From a virus (taxonomy: Duplodnaviria; Caudoviricetes): 64,000 bases of DNA. Below are positions 52,824-61,136 of the stretch, piece by piece. Where the stretch lies: positions 4,167 to 68,166 of IMG/VR virus record IMGVR_UViG_3300028381_000007; one strand, written 5' to 3'. The first letter of the stretch is position 1; every line of letters begins with the position of its first letter. A model generated the notes under the pieces. That model did no database searches. It was not told where the DNA came from and saw only the letters and a program-made list of their open reading frames with translations. The translations under genes were made by a program, and so were the position numbers.

Positions 52824-53692
52824 CCATCGCCTCGATGGGCAGGACACGGCGGCCATGAGGGCTTGAGGCCGGGAAAGTCCAGGCGCACGCATTTCCCCCG
52901 GACAAGCGGATCGGGACAGTCGTGGTGAAAGGCCGCCCAGGGGTAGAGGCCGGGGGTCCACCCCGAGGTGCCTCGAGGCTGATCGGGAGGCCAGGTGTAC
53001 AGCGGCGACGAGCTGGCGGGCGATCGGGTGCACGCCGTGAGGCCGGAGGCATCGAGGGCGATCCCGCGGGCGGGGCAGGTCGGCAGGTGGGTGCAGACGT
53101 GGGCCGTGGGGGTGGCTGGTGCCGTGGAAGGCTTCGAAGCCTTCGGTAGGGGGGTAGGGGGGAATCCTGTTACTGCTCCTGGTACTGTTTCGCCCATGCC
53201 TTTGCCTAAGCCTTCGTGGAAGTCTTCATGGAAGGCTTTCTCGAAGGCTTCGCCCAAGTCTTTGACATAGGCTTCGATGGCGGCGATGGCGGCAATCTTG
53301 AGGGGACAATCCGGGATTTCCGTCACGGCCTTGCGCCAAGCCTTGACGACATTGGGCGATTCCGGCGGGTTGTGGGCTAGGGCCTTGGGGAGCCAGATGA
53401 CCCGGGCCCGCCGATCGATCTGGGCCATGCCAGCGTTCAGGATCTCCTGGAGACACTTACGCAGCGCGGGCAGGGGCCAGCCGAGCGCCTCCGCGAGCGC
53501 GCTCTCGCCGATGACGAAGAGGCCCGGCACCGCGCTCGTGTGGCGTCCGGTGAGCAGGTAGGTCCACAAGGTTTGCCCATTCGGGCGGGGCGCGGACAGC
53601 GCGAGGAAGCGCGGATCATCCCACATCAGGACGGACACGCGCCGGTAGCGCGTCTTGGGGCGCGGTCGGGCACGACTGGTGAGCGTGGCCAT
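52820..53692 (-). CDS. replisome organiser / replication initiator
   Basis: YRRVSVLMWDDPRFLALS...LWTYLLTG...HNPPESPNV; followed by a 4-aa periodic tract; adjacent to DnaB. Confidence 0.85.
   Translation of the reverse strand: MATLTSRARPRPKTRYRRVSVLMWDDPRFLALSAPRPNGQTLWTYLLTGRHTSAVPGLFVIGESALAEALGWPLPALRKCLQEILNAGMAQIDRRARVIWLPKALAHNPPESPNVVKAWRKAVTEIPDCPLKIAAIAAIEAYVKDLGEAFEKAFHEDFHEGLGKGMGETVPGAVTGFPPTPLPKASKPSTAPATPTAHVCTHLPTCPARGIALDASGLTACTRSPASSSPLYTWPPDQPRGTSGWTPGLYPWAAFHHDCPDPLVRGKCVRLDFPGLKPSWPPCPAHRGDG
53127..53278. repeat. iteron-like array inside rep gene (probable origin)
   Basis: Seven 12-bp tandem units around GAAGnCTTC (53195-53278) and a perfect 18-bp palindrome GAAGGCTTCGAAGCCTTC (53127-53144). 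Confidence 0.7.
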
Positions 53693-55110
53693 CAGAAGGG
53701 CACCTCATTCCTGGGATCGTCGGGGTCGAGCGGCAGCGCGGATGGGACGGCTGGCGGGACCTCGCCGAGCTGGGAGAAGCGGACGTGGACCGGATCCCAA
53801 TCGAGCGCGGTGCTGCCGCCCGTCTGCCCGTGGCGGAGCTTGGCGAAGACGATCTCCCGGTCGTAGTGCTCGAGCGAGGGTTGCCACAGGAGCAGCACCA
53901 CGTCGGCGTCGGCCTCGATGTCGCCCGACTCCTTGAGGTCCTCGAGGGTCGGCGGGGTCCGTTTCGGTCCGCGGGTCTTCCCGCGTCCGGCGATCTCCGT
54001 CTGCGGCCGGCGGAGCGACGAGAGCGCCAGCACGCTACAGCAGCCCATCTCGTGGGCGATGGCTTTCAGCCCGGCCGACACGGCCGTCACCTCGAGGCGT
54101 CGTTGCTGTTTCGCCGCCTCGGGGGCCCGGACGAGCTGGACGTAATCGACGACGAGGAACCGCGGTCGCAGGGTGCGCACCTGCCGGCGGATCTCGGGGA
54201 TCGTGGTCGCCTGGTCATCGAACCACAGGGGCAGGGCAGACAAGCGCGGCCAGGCCCGGTCGATGCGCCGGCGTTCTTCCGGGTCGAGGTCGTGTTGCCG
54301 GAGCGCCGTGGCCGAGACGTGACACTCCTGGGCGAGGAGCCGATGGGCGAGGGCGGCGTTCTTCATCTCGCGCGAGATGATCAGGGTCGGTTGGCCCGCC
54401 TGGGCGGCGAGCGCCCCCCACTGGACAGCGAGGGCCGTTTTCGACGTGCCTGGTCGTCCTCCGAGCACGGCGTATTCCCCGATGAGCAGGCCCCCGCCGA
54501 GGCGGGCGTCGAGCTCCGGGATCGGGGAGCGGACGAAGTCCGTCTCGGGGGTGTCGAGCTGCGTCCACAGGGTGGCGAGGACCTCTCGGATCGATTGCGG
54601 GTCGGCCGGCGGGGCCAGCGCACGCCCCGGTCCGTCCTGGGTGGCGTGCAGCGTGCCGAGGCCATCCCGGACGGCGTCGAGGACCTCGGACACGGCACCG
54701 GGCGCATAGGCACGGGCAATGACCTCCGTCGCCATGCGGATCGCCGCGCGCTTGACCGCGGCCTCCCGCACGAGCGCGACGTAGCTCGGCAGATGCGCCA
54801 GGAGCCCCGCCTCCTCGAGGCACTGGGCGAGGCACGGCAGCCCGACCGCGTCGAGATCGTCGGCGGCCCGGAGCGCGGCCTGGACCGTGACAAGGGTGAC
54901 GGCCTGGCCCGCGCGCGCCACGGTGCCGATGGCGGTGAACAGGCGCTGATGCCGGTCGAAGTAAAACGCGTCACCCTCGAGGCCCCCGGCCGTGGCGATC
55001 ACCGCGAGGGCGGCGGCCCCGGACTCGAGGCACGCGCCCAGCACGGCGCGCTCGGCCTCCGCGTTGTGGGGCGGAATGCGCGCGGTCAGGAGATCGTTCA
55101 ACGTGGGCAT
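53692..55110 (-). CDS. dnaB: DnaB-like replicative helicase
   Basis: PPHNAEAERAVLG, GGRPGTSKT, SREM, VVDYVQL, LKESGDIEADADVVLLL, KLRHG. Confidence 0.93.
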   Translation of the reverse strand: MPTLNDLLTARIPPHNAEAERAVLGACLESGAAALAVIATAGGLEGDAFYFDRHQRLFTAIGTVARAGQAVTLVTVQAALRAADDLDAVGLPCLAQCLEEAGLLAHLPSYVALVREAAVKRAAIRMATEVIARAYAPGAVSEVLDAVRDGLGTLHATQDGPGRALAPPADPQSIREVLATLWTQLDTPETDFVRSPIPELDARLGGGLLIGEYAVLGGRPGTSKTALAVQWGALAAQAGQPTLIISREMKNAALAHRLLAQECHVSATALRQHDLDPEERRRIDRAWPRLSALPLWFDDQATTIPEIRRQVRTLRPRFLVVDYVQLVRAPEAAKQQRRLEVTAVSAGLKAIAHEMGCCSVLALSSLRRPQTEIAGRGKTRGPKRTPPTLEDLKESGDIEADADVVLLLWQPSLEHYDREIVFAKLRHGQTGGSTALDWDPVHVRFSQLGEVPPAVPSALPLDPDDPRNEVPF

Positions 55111-55664
55111 CAGGGCCGGTATTGCGTGGCGTTCTGGGCGCGGCCCCAGAGGGTGGTGAAGTTGAACGGGGGACGGGCCGGCTGCTGCCCCCCGCCGCCC
55201 TCGTGGCATCCGGTCACGCGGCAGGCGAAGCTCTGCACGTCGTGGAACAGGGATAGGGATTCACAGATGCCACATCGGTAGAACAGTCCCGCCTCCCAGT
55301 TCCACAGGGTCGGCAGTGTGTCGTCGACGAAGCACTCAGCTAGCAGCCCAATGACGGGGAACCCCTCGTGATACGCGTTGGCAGATGGCAGGGCGCCGAC
55401 GCCGACGAGGAGCGCTTCGCGCGCCCACCCAGACCGTTCGATCTTCTCGGTATGCGGGACCAAGTCGCCGAGGACCAGCGCCGGCTTCACCTCGACGAGC
55501 ACCGGAGCATGCGGGAAGCGCAAGATGAAATCCGGGACGTACCAATCAAGATCAATGGGCTCGTAGCTCCACGGCCACTGACAGCCATCGAAAAACGCGG
55601 CCCATGTCGCCTCGAGGCGGGAGCGGAAGCGAATTGATTTGTAGACGGTGGGGATCGCATTCAT
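55110..55664 (-). CDS. PD-(D/E)XK endonuclease-like protein
   Basis: FRSRLEATWAAFFD...WSYEP...YVPDF...VEVKP. Confidence 0.8.
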   Translation of the reverse strand: MNAIPTVYKSIRFRSRLEATWAAFFDGCQWPWSYEPIDLDWYVPDFILRFPHAPVLVEVKPALVLGDLVPHTEKIERSGWAREALLVGVGALPSANAYHEGFPVIGLLAECFVDDTLPTLWNWEAGLFYRCGICESLSLFHDVQSFACRVTGCHEGGGGQQPARPPFNFTTLWGRAQNATQYRP

Positions 55665-55822
55665 CAGGCACACCTCACCCCACGACGTCCCGTCCCTCTC
55701 CCGGCGCGTCGGGCTGAAGCTCACTGAGGACGCCTTATCGTCTCACTGTGAACAGTTGACTGCGCCTCCACTCGCTGTGAATTGCGGCGATTCTGATCAG
55801 TCGAGCGATGCAGACCGTGCGC

Positions 55823-57550
55823 TCACGCGAACAGCTCCGCACTCGCGCGCACCTGGCCGCGGCCTTCGATGAGCTGCAGCGTGCGGAGCCGGCTCAGGTA
55901 GGTCGAGAACGTGCCGCTCCTCGAATTCAGGTCGGCCCGCTCCCCGAGCTGCTCGAGCGTCAAGCCATTCGGGTAGGCGTCGGCGAGCGCCTGCAGGATG
56001 CGCGCGGCGCCACTCGTGCCCAGCTCGCGGAGCCAGTAGTCGAGGAGGGCCTGCCCTGTTGGCAGCGGGTCATACGAGCCGAGCGCCTGCAGCCCGGCGT
56101 CGGTGATCGTCGACGCCGCCCCCGGCCCGCCATCCTGAATCCACCCGCGCTGCCGCCCGCGGCTCATGTACGTGCTAAACGTGCCGCTCCGGCTCGACAG
56201 GCCGGCGCGGATGCCGATCTGGGGCAGCGTGAGCCCCTCGGGGCGCTGGGCGAGGGCCACGAGGATACGGCGCAGGCCGCCCGTCCCCACCGCCTCGTCT
56301 GTCGGACCGGCGATCACCCGCGCGGGTCGTGGTATCGTGGCCGTCGGCCGAATGGGCGTCACCGTCGCCAGCTTGGGGGGCTGGCCGATGATCGTCTGGA
56401 GCGCGGCGAGCAGCGCCCGCGCCTCCTCGGCCTGGTGGTCCCACAGCAGCGTCATCGCCTTGCCGTGCCGATCGGCCTCGGCCAGCATCCGCTCGTAGTG
56501 ACGGACGAGCGTCGCGATCTGGCTGTCCTTCAGGATCGGCACCTCGACGCGCGTCTCCTTCACCGGCTTCACTGAAGGGGCCGGCGCCGCCTTCACCCGC
56601 GCCAGCTCGGCCTTGACCGCGGCGAGCTCGGCCCGCAGCGCCTTCGGGTCCTCTGCTTTGGCCCGCTCCACGTTGGCGGCGAGCTTGGCCTTGAGGGAGT
56701 CGAGGTTCACCTCGTGCAGATGCTTCGGCGGGCGCACCACCTCTCCGACCGAGGGGCTCGCCGAGCTATCGAAGGTCCGGCGCTTGCGGATCTGGACCTG
56801 GCGCATGATGTCGAGCTGCGGCGCCCACACCCACGCCTGCCCCTTGGGCATCCCCGCCAAGCTGCCGAGGATCGTCTTCAGTTCCGCGGCGCTGGCGTTC
56901 TCCTCGAGCCACTCACCCAGCGCCTTGCGATCCTGGGGGCTGATGAGCCGATGCGCGATGATAGTATCGGCCTGGCTCAGGACGTCCTTGTTGATCGTGG
57001 CCGGGCGCTGCGTCACGAGGACCACGCCAAACCCCGTGTTCCGGCCGCGCGCGCAGAGATCCTCGACGGCACCCACGACGCGCGCCGTCTCGCCCATGAC
57101 CCGCTGCGGGACGAAGAGCGGCGCCTCGTCGATGAACACCGTCAACGGCGATCGATGCTCGGGCTTGCCCTTGAGGTGATAGATCTCCTCGCAGAACTCG
57201 GTCACGAAGCGGCGCTGGCCCGCCTTGCGCAGATGCCGCAACGACAGGATCAGCGGCACGCGCTCCATCACCACGAACTCGGCGATGGCCTTGCCATCCG
57301 TCTCCGCGAGCGGAATATCGCCGTGCGGCCCGCCGAAGATGAAGATCGGGTAACCGCTGCGCAGGCCCCAGCTCCCGTCCGTCGGGTCGATGAAGACCAC
57401 CTGCTGATTGCGGTCGAGCAGCTCCTCGGCGATCACGCCGGCGCTGTTCGTCTTGCCGCTATTGCGGATGCCGACGAGCGCGATGACCTGGCCCGCCACC
57501 TCGATCGGCAGCCGGAGATCCTTCGAGAGGAACAGCGGCTCAGCCATCAC
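55823..57550 (-). CDS. HerA/FtsK-like (DUF87) ATPase with two C-terminal winged-HTH repeats
   Basis: GIRNSGKT, FIDEA, RGRNTG, VTQRPA; SGTFSTY twice near the C-terminus. Confidence 0.85.
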   Translation of the reverse strand: MMAEPLFLSKDLRLPIEVAGQVIALVGIRNSGKTNSAGVIAEELLDRNQQVVFIDPTDGSWGLRSGYPIFIFGGPHGDIPLAETDGKAIAEFVVMERVPLILSLRHLRKAGQRRFVTEFCEEIYHLKGKPEHRSPLTVFIDEAPLFVPQRVMGETARVVGAVEDLCARGRNTGFGVVLVTQRPATINKDVLSQADTIIAHRLISPQDRKALGEWLEENASAAELKTILGSLAGMPKGQAWVWAPQLDIMRQVQIRKRRTFDSSASPSVGEVVRPPKHLHEVNLDSLKAKLAANVERAKAEDPKALRAELAAVKAELARVKAAPAPSVKPVKETRVEVPILKDSQIATLVRHYERMLAEADRHGKAMTLLWDHQAEEARALLAALQTIIGQPPKLATVTPIRPTATIPRPARVIAGPTDEAVGTGGLRRILVALAQRPEGLTLPQIGIRAGLSSRSGTFSTYMSRGRQRGWIQDGGPGAASTITDAGLQALGSYDPLPTGQALLDYWLRELGTSGAARILQALADAYPNGLTLEQLGERADLNSRSGTFSTYLSRLRTLQLIEGRGQVRASAELFA

Positions 57551-57644
57551 GATTCTCGGGCCCGACGTGGGCTAGCCGGAAGGGGCCTTGACTCTCGGAT
57601 AGCCGGGTGTGGTATTGCTCTGCTTTCTGCAAGGAGGGGGAGCT

Positions 57645-58463
57645 ATGGATGCCGATGAGCGGATCAGCCTGATTCAGTTGAAGATTGAGCGTGCCAGGGA
57701 GCGCCTCCGCGAACTGGGGGCCGCGATCAAGGCCTTCCACGATACCAAGCCGTACGTCATAGAAACAAAGCGCGATCCGAGTACGCGACGCCTCATCTAC
57801 TACCTCACTCGAGCGCTCCCGGTACCCCTGACCGTCTCGACCATTGCCGGCGACATGCTCCAGAATCTCAGGAGCGCCCTCGATCACTTGGCGTATCAGC
57901 TGGTCCTCGTCGGTGAGGGGCGACCGGGCCCGTTCACGCACGTCTATTTCCCCATTGCCGACGACCACAAGGAGCACAGAGAGCGTCGGCCTCGGCAGAC
58001 GAAGGGAATGCGGGCGGATGCGATACACGCGATTGATGCGTTGAAGCCGTATCGGGGCGGGAACGATACGCTGTGGCGGCTGCACAAGCTGAACAACATT
58101 GACAAGCACCGCTTGTTGATCACGGCGGGATCTGCGTTCGCCGGTGTCAATGTTGGGCCCGTCCTCCAACGTCATATGTCGCAATTGATGAACACGATGC
58201 CCTCGGCTGCCGGCGGCCCGATTGAAGTCCCCACGCCCGAGATCTTCGTGCAGCCGGCCGATCGGCTGTTCCCGTTGGTCGCAGGTAAGGAACTGTATAT
58301 CGACGAGCCAGACGCGGAACCGTCCCCCAAGATTGAATTCCGCCTCCAGGTCGAGTTCTACGAGCCCGGCCTCATAGAGGGCGAGTCGCTGACCGACAGC
58401 CTGCAGGCAATGTTGGATGAGGTGGAAAAGATTGTCCTGAGCTTCAAGCCGCTGCTGGCGTAG
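57645..58463 (+). CDS. inverted cargo gene, HEPN-like hypothetical protein
   Basis: AAGGAGG SD; GDMLQNLRSALDHL, YFPI, LHKLNNIDKHR; lower GC; TTGACT upstream at 57588. Confidence 0.7.
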   Translation: MDADERISLIQLKIERARERLRELGAAIKAFHDTKPYVIETKRDPSTRRLIYYLTRALPVPLTVSTIAGDMLQNLRSALDHLAYQLVLVGEGRPGPFTHVYFPIADDHKEHRERRPRQTKGMRADAIHAIDALKPYRGGNDTLWRLHKLNNIDKHRLLITAGSAFAGVNVGPVLQRHMSQLMNTMPSAAGGPIEVPTPEIFVQPADRLFPLVAGKELYIDEPDAEPSPKIEFRLQVEFYEPGLIEGESLTDSLQAMLDEVEKIVLSFKPLLA

Positions 58464-58492
58464 CGCTTTCCGTGGGAGCACCCTGACCACGA

Positions 58493-58975
58493 TCACCGCA
58501 CCATCTGCCCTACCCGGCCGGGCACTAGCTCCTCAAGCGCGTAATGCAGGAGGGCCACGGCATCGGCCTCGTTGTCGTCGGTGACGGCTTTCCAGCGCCG
58601 GCAGACGGCGGCGAGCACGTCGGGCTTCTTCGCGTTGCCCTTCCCGGTCGTGAACTTCTTGAGCGTCGACGGGTAGACCGCCGTGTGCTCAATGCCGCGC
58701 TCCGCGCAATACTCCTGCACGCGGGTCGCGAGGCCCGAGGCGAGCTCCCGCGTGCTCGCCCCGGCGAACTTCGTCGTGGTCGGCACGGTCTGCTCGTAGA
58801 CAATCAGCTCTGCGCGCGTGCCGATCTCGGCGAGCCATCGCCGGAACCGGATGTAGCGCATGCCGGGCGACTCGCCGCGCTTGACGTCGAAGACCTGGAC
58901 CCCGCTCTCGACACGGTCGCCCTCTCGGAGGGCCCAGCCGGTCGTGGTCGCGAGATCCAGGGCCAGGATGTTCAT
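58493..58975 (-). CDS. RuvC-like Holliday junction resolvase
   Basis: ILALDLATTTGWA, IVYE, STLKKFTTGKGNAKK, DDNEADAVALL. Confidence 0.88.
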   Translation of the reverse strand: MNILALDLATTTGWALREGDRVESGVQVFDVKRGESPGMRYIRFRRWLAEIGTRAELIVYEQTVPTTTKFAGASTRELASGLATRVQEYCAERGIEHTAVYPSTLKKFTTGKGNAKKPDVLAAVCRRWKAVTDDNEADAVALLHYALEELVPGRVGQMVR

Positions 58976-59016
58976 GGTAGACTCCGGCAAATGTTGAACG
59001 ACGTTGTCGGAGCTTG

Positions 59017-60015
59017 ATGGCGTCCGGAACGCTTGTCGTCGTGATCGGCGCTGGGGCATCCTACGACTGCCTCCTGCCGGACAGTACCCAGACGCCAGAG
59101 TATCGGCCTCCGCTCGCCAAGGACCTCTTCTCGCCAAATTTCAAGGACATTCTGCGGCGTTACCCCGGCGCTCAGCGGTGCAGCGGTGAGATTCGCGCTC
59201 TCATGTCCACCACCGGAATCAGTCTCGAGCAGGCTCTGCGCAAACTTGCGGATGACGCCAAGCCGCATATCAAACGGAACTTTCGCGGGGTGCCGCTGTA
59301 TCTCCGAGAACTTCTTGGCAGGGTCCAAGAAAACTACATCACCCATGGCTCGAATGCCTTCGACCGTCTCGTTGATGAGATCTTCCGTGTTGTTCCGGAA
59401 ACGTTTCAGACCGTGCTGTTCCTGACGCTGAACTACGACACCTTCCTGGAGGAGGCGCTGTGGCCAGTTCGACGCCGGCCCTTCAAGGAGGTCGACGACT
59501 ATGTTCAGACTGATGCCCGTTTCGCCCTGATCAAGCTTCATGGGTCGGTTACGTGGGTGCATCCATTGCATCCGACCGTATATGAGCGGGTAATGGACGG
59601 GGCGGATCTTCCGAGAGAAGGCGATATTGTTGTTGTTGATTCCTACAGTGTGGCCTCGATCGACGGGACACAGGCGGTCTATCCAGCGCTCGCCATCCCG
59701 GTCGACGGGAAAACGGGATTTTACTGCCCCGCCACGTTGTGCGAGACGGCATCGAAGTGGTTGATGAATGCCACGGATCTGTTGGTGCTCGGATGCAGTG
59801 TCGTCGATCCGGACATTCTCACGCTCCTGGGCAGCATGCCCCGGCTCAATCGGTTCAAGATCGTAAATGGCTCCGCTACTGAAGGTGATGCAGCTTGGGA
59901 TCGCCTCAGAGTCCACCAAGTGTTTCAAGACTTGCCCGGGCACATGCCAGCCTTTGCTGGAGGGTTTACGCAATTCGTCACTGGGGATGCTTTGGTCAAG
60001 TTTTTGGAAGGCTGA
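59017..60015 (+). CDS. inverted cargo gene, SIR2-like (SIR2_2) domain protein
   Basis: VVIGAGAS, PPLAKDLF, TLNYD, IKLHGSV; lower GC. Confidence 0.85.
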   Translation: MASGTLVVVIGAGASYDCLLPDSTQTPEYRPPLAKDLFSPNFKDILRRYPGAQRCSGEIRALMSTTGISLEQALRKLADDAKPHIKRNFRGVPLYLRELLGRVQENYITHGSNAFDRLVDEIFRVVPETFQTVLFLTLNYDTFLEEALWPVRRRPFKEVDDYVQTDARFALIKLHGSVTWVHPLHPTVYERVMDGADLPREGDIVVVDSYSVASIDGTQAVYPALAIPVDGKTGFYCPATLCETASKWLMNATDLLVLGCSVVDPDILTLLGSMPRLNRFKIVNGSATEGDAAWDRLRVHQVFQDLPGHMPAFAGGFTQFVTGDALVKFLEG

Positions 60016-60017
60016 CG

Positions 60018-60947
60018 TCACCGCGGGAACTCCCGGACCCGCAGATCCTCGGGCCACTCGGCCAGGTCGCCGCCCTTGCGGTCCTTGAGGCGGATGAACT
60101 GCCGGCCGAGATCGCCGGCCCATTCGCTGCCGATTTGCCGCTGATAGGGCGCTGCGCCGAGCTGCTTCACGAACACCGGCACGCCGGCCGCGCGGCACTG
60201 CGCAACGGTTGAGCGCGCCCACCCCAGATCGAACGGCCGCGCGCCGGGGCCGCTCTCGCCCCCCACGACGATCCAGGACAAGGGCGAAAGATGTCCCCAG
60301 GCGATCGCGCCGCGAGCCATCCGATAGCCGGCCAGCTTCGCCAGCGCGTCGGTATATGGGAGCCAAGGCTCGAAGTGCACTTCGCCGAGGGCCGGCTCAT
60401 AGCTCACCCACCGCACTGCCGCCGGCGTCTTGAGTAGCAACGGAATCCGCGCATCGGCCGTTGCCTGGTCCTCGACGGAGACGCCCCAACAGACGTTCGA
60501 CAGATCGGGCTCATCTGCCTTAGGGTCCGACCAGACGGCAGGTTTGCGCGCGAGCCACCAGTCCAGCATCCGACGCGGGCGCTTCGTGAGGACTTGAAAG
60601 GTGTGCTGTGTCGCCAGGGCCATGATGCCGAGGATCTGATCGATCCACTCGTCGGGCACCGCCTCGTGAAACAGGTCACTCATCGAATTGACGAAGATCC
60701 GCCGCGGCCGCTTCCACCGGAGCGGCTGGTCGAGCGCCGGTTCCCAGAGCCGCACGTCGCCCGTCCACCGCGGCTCGCCGCCGACCAGCTTCGTGAGGCC
60801 CTGATACTTCGTCTGCCCGAGCCGCTCGCCGAGCCGGTGCGCCTCGAGCTCGGCGTAGCAGCGGCGGCAGCCCTCGGACACGCGACTACAGCCCGCGAGG
60901 GGATTCCACGTCGCATCGGTCCACGAGATGCCGGTCTTGTCGCCCAT
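60018..60947 (-). CDS. DUF5131 / Gp37-Gp68 family protein
   Basis: ISWTDATWNPLAGCSRVSEGCRRCYAE, IFVNSMSDLFH, SYEPALG, WIVVGGESG, FVKQLG. Confidence 0.93.
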   Translation of the reverse strand: MGDKTGISWTDATWNPLAGCSRVSEGCRRCYAELEAHRLGERLGQTKYQGLTKLVGGEPRWTGDVRLWEPALDQPLRWKRPRRIFVNSMSDLFHEAVPDEWIDQILGIMALATQHTFQVLTKRPRRMLDWWLARKPAVWSDPKADEPDLSNVCWGVSVEDQATADARIPLLLKTPAAVRWVSYEPALGEVHFEPWLPYTDALAKLAGYRMARGAIAWGHLSPLSWIVVGGESGPGARPFDLGWARSTVAQCRAAGVPVFVKQLGAAPYQRQIGSEWAGDLGRQFIRLKDRKGGDLAEWPEDLRVREFPR

Positions 60948-60953
60948 CAGGAA

Positions 60954-61136
60954 TCAGGCGCACCGGGAGCAGAGCGTCTCGCTCGCCCAGATGCAGCCGC
61001 CGTCGCACGGGTTATCCTCCGTGCACCCGCACCCGACGCAGCGCGGGCCCGCGCCCTCCAGGTCCTCCGGATCGAGGTCGAAGACTTCGTCCTCGAGGGC
61101 GAGATCGTCCGGATCCGGATCGTAGAACCGACTCAC
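60954..61136 (-). CDS. small Cys-rich protein
   Basis: CVGCGCTEDNPC..GC.W....CSRC; GTGA-coupled. Confidence 0.65.
   Translation of the reverse strand: MSRFYDPDPDDLALEDEVFDLDPEDLEGAGPRCVGCGCTEDNPCDGGCIWASETLCSRCA

Noticed and set aside
55823-60015. Sir2-HerA (Nezha-type) defence operon
   Set aside because: SIR2 and the ATPase are on opposite strands and separated by RuvC and another gene; the ATPase has phage-like GC and sits in the early operon.
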